From positions 6,696,001-6,760,000 of the forward strand of contig CDPCPM010000012.1 of the NCBI GenBank assembly GCA_976551045.1: 64,000 nt of DNA. The letters are read 5' to 3'. Each line of letters opens with the position of its first letter. Positions within the stretch are counted from its first letter, which is position 1. Origin of the DNA: Glaucostegus cemiculus (lineage: Eukaryota). Made by a program: the position numbers and the translations under genes. The notes below the pieces were generated by a model. That model searched no databases and was not told where the DNA came from. It saw nothing but the letters and a program-made list of their open reading frames with translations. Shown piece by piece: positions 13,031 to 26,559 of the stretch.

Positions 13031-14259
13031 AGCATTAACCCTGTACTTGCCTCACTGTAGTGCATTGAGATCAAGTCAGAAGTGCCATGGACCTGCAATT
13101 CCCTTTTATTATGTCAGATATTGTGTGAGAGGAGCTGTCTTGAAATGTAGCAGCCTGAGAGAGCACAAACAGTGGTATTACTTAATGCTTTCCTGTATGA
13201 TAGTTAATGATTAAGCATCATAAATCAAGGCTGCCCTTATTAATTTGATGGAGGAGAAATTGTAACTGTTGCTTTGCTGGTGCAAACTGGATGCTGGGGA
13301 TGATTCTAGAAATAGGTAGGACCAGGGCATGATTGAAATTCTCTCTTGGGTATCATTTAGATCAACTGGGAAGCTGTAGGTTTCAGGCTATTTTCTTCAC
13401 ACAATAGATTCCACTGCAAGTCTTTATTGATAACTGACCTGCATTTTTAACTTTATTAAATGGGAACAATGGCAAAACAAAATCTAACCAATGTTAAGCC
13501 CAATGGATTTAGGTCCACGTTACTTCCATCTGCACCATGCTTTTCCAAGACCATGTAAGGTATGCATTGAATGCCTTGTTTGTCTCCATGTGGGACTACA
13601 GCAGAATTAATTCATTTGAATGCTTAGAATTGAGCAGTGGTACAAGAGCTAAAATTTATGAGGGAATAACATCCAGCTGGCATACTCTGGACTTCAAGAG
13701 AGTGATAAGATCAGTCTCACCACGCCACATGGCTAACGTACGGACAGTTCTCTGATACCTATGAAACTTTAATACATATGGGTAGCTAGGAGAGGAAGGG
13801 AAATTCCTGGGTAACACCGCAGGATGTTTTCCTTAGTTAAAACCATTATACAAGGCCCTATGTGAGTTAAAATGTGGAAAAAGACCACAGGAAATATAGT
13901 ACCAGCCACTGAACATGTGTAGAAATGAAGCCATTTTTTCTCCTTGATATGTACTATTTAGCCACCGCTAGACCTCACCTCTGCATATTTGTACATGTAC
14001 CTTAGTCTTTGATACCATTCTGAGTAAATTACTTTAACAAAACATACAGAAAAATCATATAAATACAACATCTGCTAATAACAGATTCCAACATCCACAA
14101 ATAATCATTTTTTTAAACTGGTTTAATTTCACAGATTACTATGAAATGTTTTAATGAGAAAGCTAAAAAAAATCCATATGGATGTGGTGATATTTTGCTA
14201 GATGTTACGCCAGTATAAAATATAGAAAAGGTTATGTTTTTTTTTCAAAACTGCACTGT

Positions 14260-16780
14260 CCCAATTCTAATGCTTTGCCTGTCAATCACAGATCAGTTAC
14301 GACAGTTCAAAGTCATCCAAGCAGGGATCACTGGATATTCAGGCTGATCTAAAAGCAGGACTGTCAGAAACAACATTACTGCATTAACATTTAATTGCCT
14401 TTTAAAGGAAAAGTGATCAGTATGAAATCATTTTAGAAAAGTAAGTAGAGATTTTTAAGGAGTTCAATATGGAGCTATAAAAAGATCCGAGAAAGGGGAT
14501 ATTGCAACTTTAACATTAAATGTTCCTTCTACTAACTTGCTGAGACAAGTTGGTTTAATTTACAAGCAAAAGTTTTTTCAATAGATTTTGTTCCAATCCT
14601 TTAACCTGAACATTTAAACATTATGAATGAATTCATAAGACTATGACAACGTGCGACCAAATAGGAAATCAGAATGCAATTATTCAAAACAATGTGCTCT
14701 TCATGTTGTTAATGCATCTGAATAATTGTGGCTTTTCTCTTTCTGATGAAATTACATTATTTTTTTGTAGCTAATGGTGCTAAAGCAATAAAAAATGAAG
14801 CATCATATTAGAACGTTAATATTTCGACAGTTTTCAAGTTATATTATCAATATGTGCGAATAATTGTCTTTTTCTTTGAGATTAAATTACATTATTGTGT
14901 ATTTTTTCATGGCTAATAAATAATGATGGATGGCTCTTATTTTCATCACCACCTGCAACCATTTAGTCATCTTCTGATTGTTAAAGAAATAAGAAAAGGC
15001 TTATCCTATTGTGAAGCCAGTGGAATCCATTCAAAACCATTATAATTGGCTTGTTTTAATCCTAAACATTTGAACATTTATCATGCTTTTTTATAGAAAC
15101 CATCTAGAAACACAATGGCAAGATACATAATATCTCTGCCTTGGATATATTGTTTTCCATCTACCTCCAGCAGTGTGCCCCAACATCAATTTTGTTATAT
15201 TTATCTTGTAGGATCTATTATCGAATTAGCCATAAAATTGCACAATTGGAACAAAAAATTAGAAAGCTTAAACAAACCCGAGAACCAGCTGCCATTGCTC
15301 ATCAAAATGGTGCGGCACCATATGGCGATTAAAAATGATGTAGGTGGAGTCAAATTTGAGCATTCAATGGGGTGGGCAATGATACCCAAACATGGACTTT
15401 CTTTCCTATTAGAGCTTCTTTCCTATTGTAAATCTTAATTTTGCCATATATCACAGCATGAATATTGCACTGAAACTGTAATCATGCTTTTGAAGGTTAT
15501 TTGAAACTTGTGAATCCTTCCCAGAATGATCCCTAAATTAAAGAAAGTCATTTTTTTTTTACATATATGCCCTGAGGAACCACAGCCTATTCATCAGAAA
15601 GCAATAGGTGTTTTAGCCCCAAGGTTGTGTCAAAATAACATACATATTATACCTGACATGTTTTTATCCCAAGAAGAATTTATTGGACATCTGATGTGTG
15701 AATATTTTATTGAAGAGCTTACTGCTGCACAAATAAAATTATATATGTAAATTAATAACTACACAAATTGCAGAATTTTATGATGGATGTGAATAATGTT
15801 TCGTATACTGTAGAACCTTGTTGATTTTTGTAAAGATTTGCAGAGACTTGTATTTGTAAGCATCATGAAATCTGGAATGCCAACAAAAGCATACAGAATA
15901 ACCTATTAAAGAATGATGAAAATATTGATGCATTTTATATTTAATCATTAATACCAACTGAGGTAAATTGCTCTGTGATCTGTGGTTACTAATTGCGAAA
16001 GAATACAGCTGGAATTGTCTTTTTTTTTAAGCTTCAGGAATATATATGACAACTTTTAAACTACATTTCTTTTAATTGCAAGAACTGCATTTAAAGCTGC
16101 AGTGTGAAACTTCACCAAAGTACCAATTAATCTGTTTAATATTAGCATTTTCAAAAAGAAATGTTGGCTCATTAATATAAAGCAAAGCAACTAGAAACAC
16201 AGGAGGTGGTGGCGGGGAGAAGGAGCAAAGCCTTTGCTTTCCATAGCAGGTGGTAATTGAAACAAAACAAGAACTCATTAGTGCAGCGTCTGGTTGCCTA
16301 TGATACAAATACACCACAGAACAAAACCAAAACAGAAGAGCCTGAAATAAAGTGGTCATCATCTAATTAACAGAACATGTTTTAATTACAGAGTAAACCA
16401 TGCAGTGCAGTGTCAATTTAACTGATGTGCTAAGTGCCAGTTTACAATATCAGAAACAGACAAATAATTGCAATCTAATTACATCCAGGTCTATTGCACA
16501 CCAGTGCCTCAAGCCCATCTTAATAAACAAGTTTTTACATCAAACCATGAATAGCAAATACAGCAGGGCTGCTAATTGCTACATTGTGATATTGGGAATT
16601 TGCCAGCTTTGACTATTAAAGTAAGCTCTTGTGTGAATTGGAGTTGCTCTGCTACGCTTTAATGGGAAAGAAATGAGAGGCAGAAATCGGGTGTTGTACA
16701 GCAACTCAAAATGTAAATAAGATAACTGGGTAATCTTTACTTTATTTCTCATCCTCCTTCCAAATGATAGTTTATTTATA
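14260..16780. promoter_or_regulatory. cluster of putative conserved non-coding elements / enhancers
   Basis: Repeat-free block with dense homeodomain TAAT/ATTA, SOX ACAAT/AACAAA and E-box motifs. It has a perfect PBX-MEIS decamer (CTGTCAATCA, 14279-14288) and local CpG retention. Conservation is inferred, not tested. Confidence 0.4.
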
Positions 16781-17224
16781 GCAGTGAGCAAGCCTTGTAT
16801 ACTTAATGTAAGCTATACAAATTATAGAAGGAATTCTATGGACGTTTGAAGGACATTTTTTATCCCAGCTCAGGGATAGATGAAGAAAATGGCTCTTTTC
16901 TCATGATTGTTGAACAGCCTGAGTGAAATGTGATCTGGCAGTCTCGCTATGGTCCCCTGAGTGCAAAACACAAAACTGTCTTCAATTCAGCTTTTTCAGC
17001 TCTAAAAAGCATGGGTTGAACAAGAGAAATATGAAAAATGGCTTGGCATAATACAGTAAACCTAGAGACTTGCAACATCCACAAGTTGCAGAAGGACTGA
17101 GCGCAAACAAGTTGCAAATTGTAGAGTTGGTTTACCTCTATTTGTCTGTTTGGAGAGGAAAGTCATATAACCCAAGAGCCCTCACTGTTTATTTCTCAAT
17201 CACTCGGTTGTTTTGCCTTTTTTT

Positions 17225-17595
17225 ATCAGCTTGCCTCAATTAGTAAAACTCTCATCTATGAGTCAGAGGGTTGTGAGATTAAAGCCCCATGCTAGGAGTT
17301 GAGCAATATTCTAGGTTATATGGGTACATTGACTTCACAGCACAGACCATTCAGCCCAGCAGTTCATGAGCATTTTACAGAGAGAGTTGTGAATTATAAG
17401 AGGCACCATCCCTGAAATAAGTTGTTAAACCTAAATTGACTCTGCCTTCATGTGGGTACAAGTAGAAGTTAAGGATTATATCATACCATTTGAGGAAAAC
17501 AGGGCAGTAGTGTTCCAACAAATACTCCCCACTCAGTCAAAGATGGCAAAATAATTAAGAGGTTAATAAACTTTTTGTTGCTGTTTGCCAGAATT
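17225..17595 (+). mobile_element. near full-length degenerate SacSINE1-like DeuSINE
   Basis: tRNA-like head (tcagcttgcctcaattagtaaaactctcatctatgagtcagagggttgtgag) followed by Deu-domain-like gaggcaccatcc...gttaaacc...gaagttaaggat...ccatttgaggaaaacagggcagt and ttgctgtttg. Confidence 0.6.
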
Positions 17596-20500
17596 TAGAA
17601 TACTCTCCTATCATAAAAATGTCTATTTTTTGAGGAAAAAAGTTGGCAGTTATTCTGGTACTGAAATCAAGTTATCTTGATTACTGTATCACTTAGTGTG
17701 GCTATTCATATGAGTTTTCTGTTTGTTTGGACAAGGACAGGTTGTGAGGGGTATTCGGAAAGTTGCTTCTGATAGAGTGTTAAAATAAAAGTGATTGGAC
17801 AGTGATGAATGAACCAATGAAATATAGAACTTAGAAAATCTGATACAGGAGATAAAGCAGTCATTAGAGCTGAGGGACTGGTGAGAATGATGGCTTGACT
17901 CGATTTACTATGGCTGACTTATGCTTTATACTGATGTAAATCCTTCCTTTGGCCTACAAATCACTACTCTCGCACACATTTATCGAGTGTTGAGTGAAAG
18001 TTAAATGACACAATTTTTTTTAATCGGGAGATTTTGATAACATTTGAGTTCAAAACAATTCTATCAGTTTCTGGCATCTTGAATCAGCTGTAGTGACTCT
18101 CTATGCCATGTCCTCTTATCAGTTCTTGAACCTCATATTGAATCTGTTATACTTCTAATGCTATAAGTTTTAGTTCAATGAACATTTTGTTCTCATGTGT
18201 TTTCTTGCAAAATTGTAACAAAATATGGTCATTTTAAAACATAATAAATTGCTATTATTTTACTGGTCTTATGAAGGCAATACGACCTTCTGCTCATTTC
18301 CAGTATTTTCCCTAAATTCTACACCAAAGAGAAGGAATGAAATTTCCATGAATAGACTTTGGCATTTCATTCCTTACAATCACAAGTGCACAGTCAGTGG
18401 TTACATGCTCCTCCAGAATCCTGCTGTCCATCACTCCTATTAATATGGAGATTTTTCTGGGTTTCAATAGAGCCAGAAGGTCAAGCTCTGTTTCCTAAAC
18501 CAAAGTGAGGTCCATCTTTTATTCAAATTGATCAAACCTTGACATGACATGGACTGATAGGTCCATAGTCAGCAGTTCTCTGAATGCCATTTTAACAGTA
18601 GGCCATGAAGAAATAAAACGGTTATGCATCAAATTCTTCAACAACATGTTTTTTTTAAGAAAAGGGACAGATGCAACCCAAGTACTCCTTGCTGGAGTTT
18701 ACAAACAATTGTGTTGTAATTCTGTCTTTGTACAGTACCTTTGTAAATTTTTAGCATTCTAAGGTAAAAATTGGTATAATTTTGCTCATCCAAACTGAGA
18801 ACATCAAAGAGCACATTTGTAATACTATCTTGTTCTATTTCTCTGAGGCAATCGTACAATATTCTTAGCTTATCTATTTTAAAGCATTCCCTTTAAAAAT
18901 TCATCAGGAATAACAATTTGTAAAATTTGTGAAGAGCTGACTGTCTTCTCAGCTTATTGCATGTGCTCATTGCTATTACCTTTCCTCTGCCACATAAAAC
19001 AGGCAGGTAGCATCATTGACTAATTACTCTAAATATATGTTCAGTACAGTGTAATTTGTAGCATGATATATATTGCATAATGTACCATGGCAGAAGAGAA
19101 CATGTAAGTTTTATCCAGCACAATAATAAATATATATTTTATAAATGGCTACTTCCACTTCAAGTACTATATGGAAAGTGTCGGGTGAGTATGATTGAAA
19201 GCACCAGAGACGCATTGTTAACCGCTGCCGACACATATTCAAATCTAGCCCACTGCACACACTCATATTGTCACACAATTTCACCTACTCCTTTCAGAAA
19301 ACTGAAACCACTCAGATCCCACACAGTCTCTCTTACTTCCTCATACGGTTAGCTGACCAGATGAGTTTGTAAAATCATGGCCTGTCATTTTGAAAATCAG
19401 AGGGAGAGAGTCAAGGCACACTAGGAGGATGTGTTGCTTTAAAAAAAAAGTCAGAGAAAATATCTGTTTCTTTTTCTCTTTTGCCACCTTTATAATTCTT
19501 ACTGTAAGAATATTTTCATTATTTCTTCATTCCATTTTTTATTACAATTTTGATTTTCTCCACCAATCTTTGCACCTTGCAGGAGTGGTTATCCATTATA
19601 GTGTAATGGTATCTATATACTGCGCCTTTGGTAAGTAGTTACCAAAGGCACAGTAACAAAAGAAAAGCCAATGGCAAAAGAGCCAGATAATTTTCCCAGT
19701 ACCGTCTAGCATTAGAGTAAGCGGAGATCACCTTACCTAGAGTGTCCCAGCAAACTTTTACTTCTTTTACATTTAAAATGCAATAATTATTACTTCAATT
19801 ATTTCTTCATGCTAAGCATTCTCAGATGTTTCTTAAGAGTCATTTCAGATATACAGAAAACATGAATTTGAAATATAATATTCAGTCAATATGCAAAATA
19901 AATCCAATTCCAAAGCACCTAAAAACAACTGTTTAATACATTTACAGAAAATGCAAAACTCATCATGATATTTTTATTTTCATAGGGAGGCATCACACCT
20001 TCAGTGGCTGACATACCTTTTGTACAATTGGTGCAACTCAAGAACATCACCTAAAAATCACCATATGTATATGTAATTATATTTAAGCCAGTTATGTGAT
20101 TTTAATTGCTGCTATCCAACTAGAACCATTATTTAAGCTGAACACACTGCAGGGTTCTGTTGTGTTATCAAATTGTCATAAAAACTTCAGTGTTTATCAT
20201 TAAATGGTGTTTATTTGTATGTGCATAATACCACCTTGTCTCCATCTTTGACATATCAATCTCTAAGCATAATAATTCAAAAACATTGTCCTGAGGTTTT
20301 GCAGTGATTTTTATTATTTAACAAAGTCATCTTAGCCAGTGTACTTACAGCAGAGTTCAATATTCCATTACGTAGAATACGTTGGAACTTGGTCTGCAAG
20401 ACTGGCTTTTAACCTCATTTAGTTTCTGCATGCATGATTTGCACAAGTGGAATGGATGGTACATCCCAACCTTCATAAGACACCAGGCAACATTCTCATT

Positions 20501-21064
20501 TGGAAGTTCTAATACTTCAGTAGCATTTTGCTACATCTTATATACTAATGATCTGCTCTTGATTTTGCGATTGATTTTTTCTAAGTCGGATAATCATCCT
20601 TGTGTACTGACAGAGTTGAAAACAGAGAAAATTAATGAGGTGTAGTTGTATGTAGATATGACACATGAACAATTTCTCCCACATCTACCCCATGTATTTG
20701 ATTTCTACACTGAAGAAACCAATGATTCAAAATGATATAATGCTTACTATATGAATCACTAGTTTAAACATCTAGCCAATCACACAACCCATAATTTTGT
20801 AATAATATTGTTACTTTATTCTTTGTTTAAATCCTCCTCATCCCTTCCCGTAAAACAAAATCTAGCTGTCATTTTTGTGCTTTTCCAATGTTAAGTCCAA
20901 CCCTTATGGTAATTTCTAATCCTGAAAGTCTTATTTATATGCACATTATTATTAATATAATTAAAAGTGTTCTGATAATAGAACCTGAGGTTTATGTTTA
21001 TAAATATTACTGTCCTGTTTATAGACTTTTATTGGATTGATATTTTAATATGCAGGCATATGAA

Positions 21065-22404
21065 TTTGAGAAAGCAGGGAGACAGAAAAGAGGAAACTAG
21101 TTAGCATAACATCTGTCATTGGGAAATGTTAGAAGCTATTATTAAAGCCATTATAGCAGGCCACTTAGAAAAAATTAAGCTAATCAGGCAGAGTCAACAT
21201 GGTTTTGTGAAAGGGAAATCATGTTTGTCCAATTTATTGGAGATCTTTGAAGAGGTGTGGAAAAAGGAGAACCCATGGATGTACTTAGATTTCCAGAAGG
21301 CATTTGAAAAAGTGCCATATCAAAGGCTATTGCAGAAAATAAAAGCTCATGGTGTAGGAGCTATCATATTGGTAAGGATGGAAGATTAGCTAGCTAACAA
21401 GAAACAGAGGGAAAACATAAATGAATTTTTCTTCTGGTTGGCTAAATGTAATGAGTGCTGTGCTGTTACAATTGATATAAATAACTTGGAAGAAGGCACC
21501 AAAGGTATGTTTGTTAAATTTGATGATGACACAAAGATAGGTAGGAAAGTATATTGTGAGAAGACATAAAGGGACTACATAGGGAGATAAATAGGTTAAA
21601 TGAGTGGGTCAAAATCTGGCAAATGAAGTGTAATAAGGGAAAATGTAAGAAAAAATTTAAAAGGAAGCATATTTCCTAAATGATGAGAGATGGCAGACAA
21701 TGAAGGTGGACTTGATTGAAACATGTCAAATCCTGACAGGTATTAACAGAATGGATTTGGAGAGGATATTTCCACTTGTGAGAGAACCTAAGACTAGGGT
21801 CACTATTTAAAAATTAGGCATCACCCATTTAAGGTAGCAATAAAGCAAAATCTCTCTGGAACTCTTACTCAAAGTACGGTGGAAGAAGAGTCTTTAAGTC
21901 ACAGTGATGTACACCACAGAAATGTGCCCTTTGGCAACCACATCCATGCCAATCTTTTTGCTCAACTACACTGATCCCATTTGCCCACATTAAGATATGT
22001 CTATTAAAACAGCTTAGTATATATTATCCTTGTAATATCCTTGTATAGATGCCTTGTCTATTTAAGTGTATGTCTAAATGCCTTTTAAACATAGTGATTA
22101 TATCTGACTTCACCACCTCCTCTGGCAACGCAAGCCAAATATCAACTACTCTTTGCGTAAAAAATCTTCAGATCCCCTTTAAAACTCCTACCTACCTCTT
22201 ACCTTAAATCTATGGTCTCTTATTATTGTATTTTTATAGCAGAAGTAGATAGATATTCAAAAAATCAAAGGGTTGATAGACTATGACCAGTAGACAGGAA
22301 TGCAGAGTTGAGGTTACAATAAGATCAGTCATGATTTCATCAAATGGCAGAGCAGATATAAAGGAACATGTGGCCCACTACTGCACTAATTCATGTTCAT
22401 ATGT
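21065..22404 (+). mobile_element. CR1 LINE (RT to 3' tail) with internal deletions
   Basis: ORF 21126..21389 contains QSQHGFVKGKSCLSNLLE and YLDFQKAFEKVP; KFDDDTK at ~21517; 3' tail ...ctgcactaattcatgttcatatgt. Confidence 0.9.
21897..22222 (-). mobile_element. CR1/HER1 3' fragment nested in opposite orientation
   Basis: gtcacagtgatgtacaccacagaaatgtgccctttggc...caccacctcctctggca...ccttaaatctatg interrupts the host at gagtctttaa|tattttt. Confidence 0.75.
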
Positions 22405-23199
22405 AAATGGGAACTATGATTCTGAGTAAAAAGGCAAAGTCAGATGAAGTAGTTGTCTGAGAAGTGCAAAAAGACAAATGGAAAAATTTAGTCATGAGTC
22501 CATGTCCATTTTGTACTGGGATATGTCCATGACATCACCAGCAAGTAATTCACTCCCTTAAATAAATGCAGATGCAGCACTGGGTTATCAATGAGCATGC
22601 AAATCAATTTCATATCAAACCAGACATTTAAATAGTCACTTATGTGTGACATAAGGCTGCAAGATGAATAATATGCATGTATAAACATGGTTTGAAAACT
22701 ATGCAATGAATGTGGGAGGATTACAGAAGTTACAAGTTGCTTCCTTCTGCAGGAGGTGACATCCAAATAATGTACCCTTGCATCAGTCTTGGCATGCTCC
22801 CAGATTATGATGGGGAGCTTTAATTAATCATCGCAATCAGGTTAGGCTATATTTTGCATAAGCCAACACATGTAATCAGCATCCATTTTCTAAAGCAACA
22901 TGGTGGAAAGTCATAAATATTGTAATTGAACTTACTTCACACATTGTTCAGTGTTCAGTTGATTAGATCCAAAATATGATATATAAAATAGAAAATAAGT
23001 CCGTTTTACTTCTTTGTATGAGGTCTATAACTGTGAAATGAACTTAGAAAGTGCCTGCAAGTTATTCATTCAATGGTGCATCCAGTGAAAGTCGTCAGTC
23101 CTCCAAAGTAAGATGTAATAAAATAATTTACTTCATTTCCAAGATGATACTGATATCACCCAGTACTTATAGACTAGCACAAGCTATGGTTTGGATTTC

Positions 23200-23420
23200 A
23201 CAGATGACAATCACCTGCCCAAATCGAGAAAAGACCTATAAAAGTAGACATCAGAATCTAACATATGAGGCACTGAAGTGAGGCCATGAGAAGAGGCAGT
23301 GAAAGAGCAGACATAGATCCAGAAACATACCTCCTATTGGCCAACTTCTTTGGCATGTAAACATATGGGGGAGATGTGCTAGTTTTATTAGGGGCCACAA
23401 AGAAGGAATACTCTAACATA
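23200..23420 (+). mobile_element. very old RTE-like 3' remnant
   Basis: Frameshifted C-terminal zinc-finger-like string (F.CK..G..C.S.IG..H) at ~23350-23400; weak. Confidence 0.3.
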
Positions 23421-26400
23421 CATAAAGTCCAATGTGTCAAGCTCATCAAAGTTATAATCATGCAAAAACTAAGTCATGCTCAAAGGGTGAATTTTACTAC
23501 ACAATTTTTCAGAATTCCAGAGCCTTTAATGACAGCTCCCATTGCTTTAGCTGGTCAGAGTGCATTAGATTAAGTTTATCATAAAATGAAAGATGAGTAA
23601 TGTGTACCATGTACCTGTAGTGTCAGATGAGCCCCTGTGCCTCTGGAGGTGTGTATCCAGTGCAGGAAACACTTTAGTCATAACATTTCACCAGTAAAAC
23701 TTCCCTTCTCCAAAATGATGCTGTTGAAACCAATCATGAGGAATGAAGTTATACATTCATGGCAGGATTTAATCCTCCATTTAAGGCCTGCTCCTGCAGA
23801 CAAGGTCCATGTCATTTGCAAATTGCTTAATCATAATTAATATCCACTAAGACAAAGTCAACCATGCATTATAAGCCAACTGATACCAATTTGAGCCAAC
23901 CAACCTACAGAAACAATCATGTCATATGCTTGGAGGATTGCCCTACAATTCTTGAAGAGTGCCAAACATGCAGAGAGTTGGCAACTTGGTTTAACATTCA
24001 TGTTTTAGATTATGTTCTATGGCATTTCCCATGAAAACCCTGTAATAGAAGTTCTTGTCCTTTGACAATAAATGACATTACACTTTGTACTCATTCTATT
24101 TGATTTATTTACTCATCAAATCTATAAAAAGACAACACATCAGATCTTATTATCTTGAAAATGTGATACACAGAAGGAAGTCAATTACTAAATCAAGTAT
24201 AAGCAATAAGAAAAATGGTCTAAAACAAAATATTCCCTGAAACAATTAAAGAACTTCAAACCTAATTTTGGTCTCCTCCACATAGATTGTTTTCTCAGCA
24301 TCTGAAATATTCAACTGCTAGAATATGGTTTCTAACATAGAAAATTATCATAATCCTCACTCTGCCCATTTTTTTTTTAGCCAGAGCATCACACCTACAA
24401 TGTTCTGCAAAGCATTGCATAAGGAGGCTGCACTTCCCATTGGGAGGGTGTCAGAGTTATGCTATCTCTCAGCCTGACAATATCTATAGTAAATTACCAC
24501 AGCATAGACAGTATTGCATGTCAATGATTCCAGCCCTCAATATATTTGTATCCAGCTCCTTCCAGACTACATAAGGCACCATTTGTCACACCAGCTGGTG
24601 TGCAGTCCATGTTTGCATCACACAGCGAAGTGATACACCACAGCTTTATCACTATATCACTTTTCATTGAAGTACTAGAATTCTTGTCTTTTTACAAATT
24701 ATGTATTCCTTCCAAGGACCCACTAAATATGCTGATCAAGTGTCCAAGTAATAAGTGATGTCCAGAATAATGACCTTAAATCTATTGCCTAAATTTGGTC
24801 CTTCATATCAAGTCAGAATCCAGCTACACGGGGTAAAGAGCTACTTCCTGTGCATGTATCTCATGACTGATATTAGAAATCCATGATTGCAATTAAACCA
24901 GATTGAAACCACCATAAAGTTTTAACTAGGCAAACCACTGGGTTTCTGACTCAAAGGCTCCACTACCTTGTCCACTGCCAAAGAGAACATCCTATGGCTT
25001 AGTAGTTTTCTGTATTTTACATACAGAACAACACCTGGAGCCATCTTTAAGGAACCTGAGCATAATACAGGAGACAATACTTAGTAATGCTTTGGCCCTA
25101 TGTGTCAAGTTGCCTCAGCATCTCTAAAGCTGTGTTCTCTTCTTTTGGCAAGCTGTTGTCTACTTCAGAAGTCTGTCTACTTCATGTTAGAAAGTTACTG
25201 AGGCACCTTCCTGTTTTTAATCTCCTTTCAATGGAGATCCATAGAAGTATGGGAATTAATTACAATGTACTCTGTTGTGGGGTTTGATAGGTGAAGCATA
25301 CTGAGTAAAGAAACAGCTGGCTTGGTCAAGAGTAGGGCCAAGCCATGACAACAAAAGCAGATGCTATTGTAGCCAAATGGAAATGGGGTATAGTGACATC
25401 TCACATTGTGATTGGAGAAGAGGCTTGAAAACAGTATGAGAAAGAATTGATAATTGTGGAACTGTTTAAGGAATAAGAGAAACATAAAGCAAAGTCCTAG
25501 GTTAGTGATCCTGGGAATGTTGTTTATTTCTTTCCTGCATTGCATCTAGTTCTTAGAATTACAGTGCTGTGATTTACCTGCTCACCCATATCCTACTGAC
25601 CAAATCTCTGGGCATCCCACACTCATCAAAGGGTTAAAATATCTTCATCCTCTTCTTGACTTCCTTCACAAATATTCCTTCACATGTCATCAGTCCATCT
25701 GGTTGTCTGGACGATTTGCCTCAGTAATGACTTTACCCTGACCGTCTTTGAAGGATGCGTTGCTCCTTAAAGGGCTGGAGGATTTTAACCAGCAAGAGAC
25801 TTTTTTTTTGGCTTTCTAAGTGGAAATCTGCCTAAGAGAAGCATTGAGATTATGCTGGCCATAGCGTTCATCTGAAGCCCAGGTATGATAACTGATCAAA
25901 TCTCAAGCTTGTCTCATTGACTTGTCTCAATTCTGAATTCCATCTCAAAATTAAAGAATCCATTCTAACTTCAAGTGTTTTCGAAAACAACAATTAATGT
26001 CTGAGTGACCTGACACTGTATTAACTTAACAAGATTGAGAATATTTAGCTTTGCAGGAATACAGATGAACCTTTATGGATACATCACTGTGTTAAACTAT
26101 ATCTGACCTTGTAAAGCAATGGGAGAACGGAAACTCCCTTCACATGGTAGGAGAAGGAAAAACACAGAGCAATATATTGCCCTGCACCTGTTTTAACTCC
26201 ACTGTTTTCTTGAGCCTTTGAGATCCCTGTCTGAATCATGCAGGAACACCACGAATACTGTAAATCAGATTCCTTGAAACCTACTTTAACGGCTTAATGT
26301 GTAAAGGGTCCAGGACTTGTCTGATAAACAACAATGAAGATATGGTAGCAATATTTCTCGACTAATGTCATAGCTCTCAGACACCACATGTCATATAGAA

Positions 26401-26559
26401 GATACCACATTTTAACTTTTAAAATGCTGGGTGTTTCTGAAACTGATTTTGACCTGCAAAGTTCACTCATAAACTTTGAATAGCTCAAGCTGTGTTTACA
26501 TAAAGTAATTGAACTCTCTCGTTTTAAACAGACAAAAAATCTTTACCTGGACATAGCCC

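Noticed and set aside
16638-16709. pre-miRNA-like hairpin (GAGTTGCT/AGCAACTC)
   Set aside because: Only 8 bp are perfect, with a large loop and no recognisable mature miRNA.
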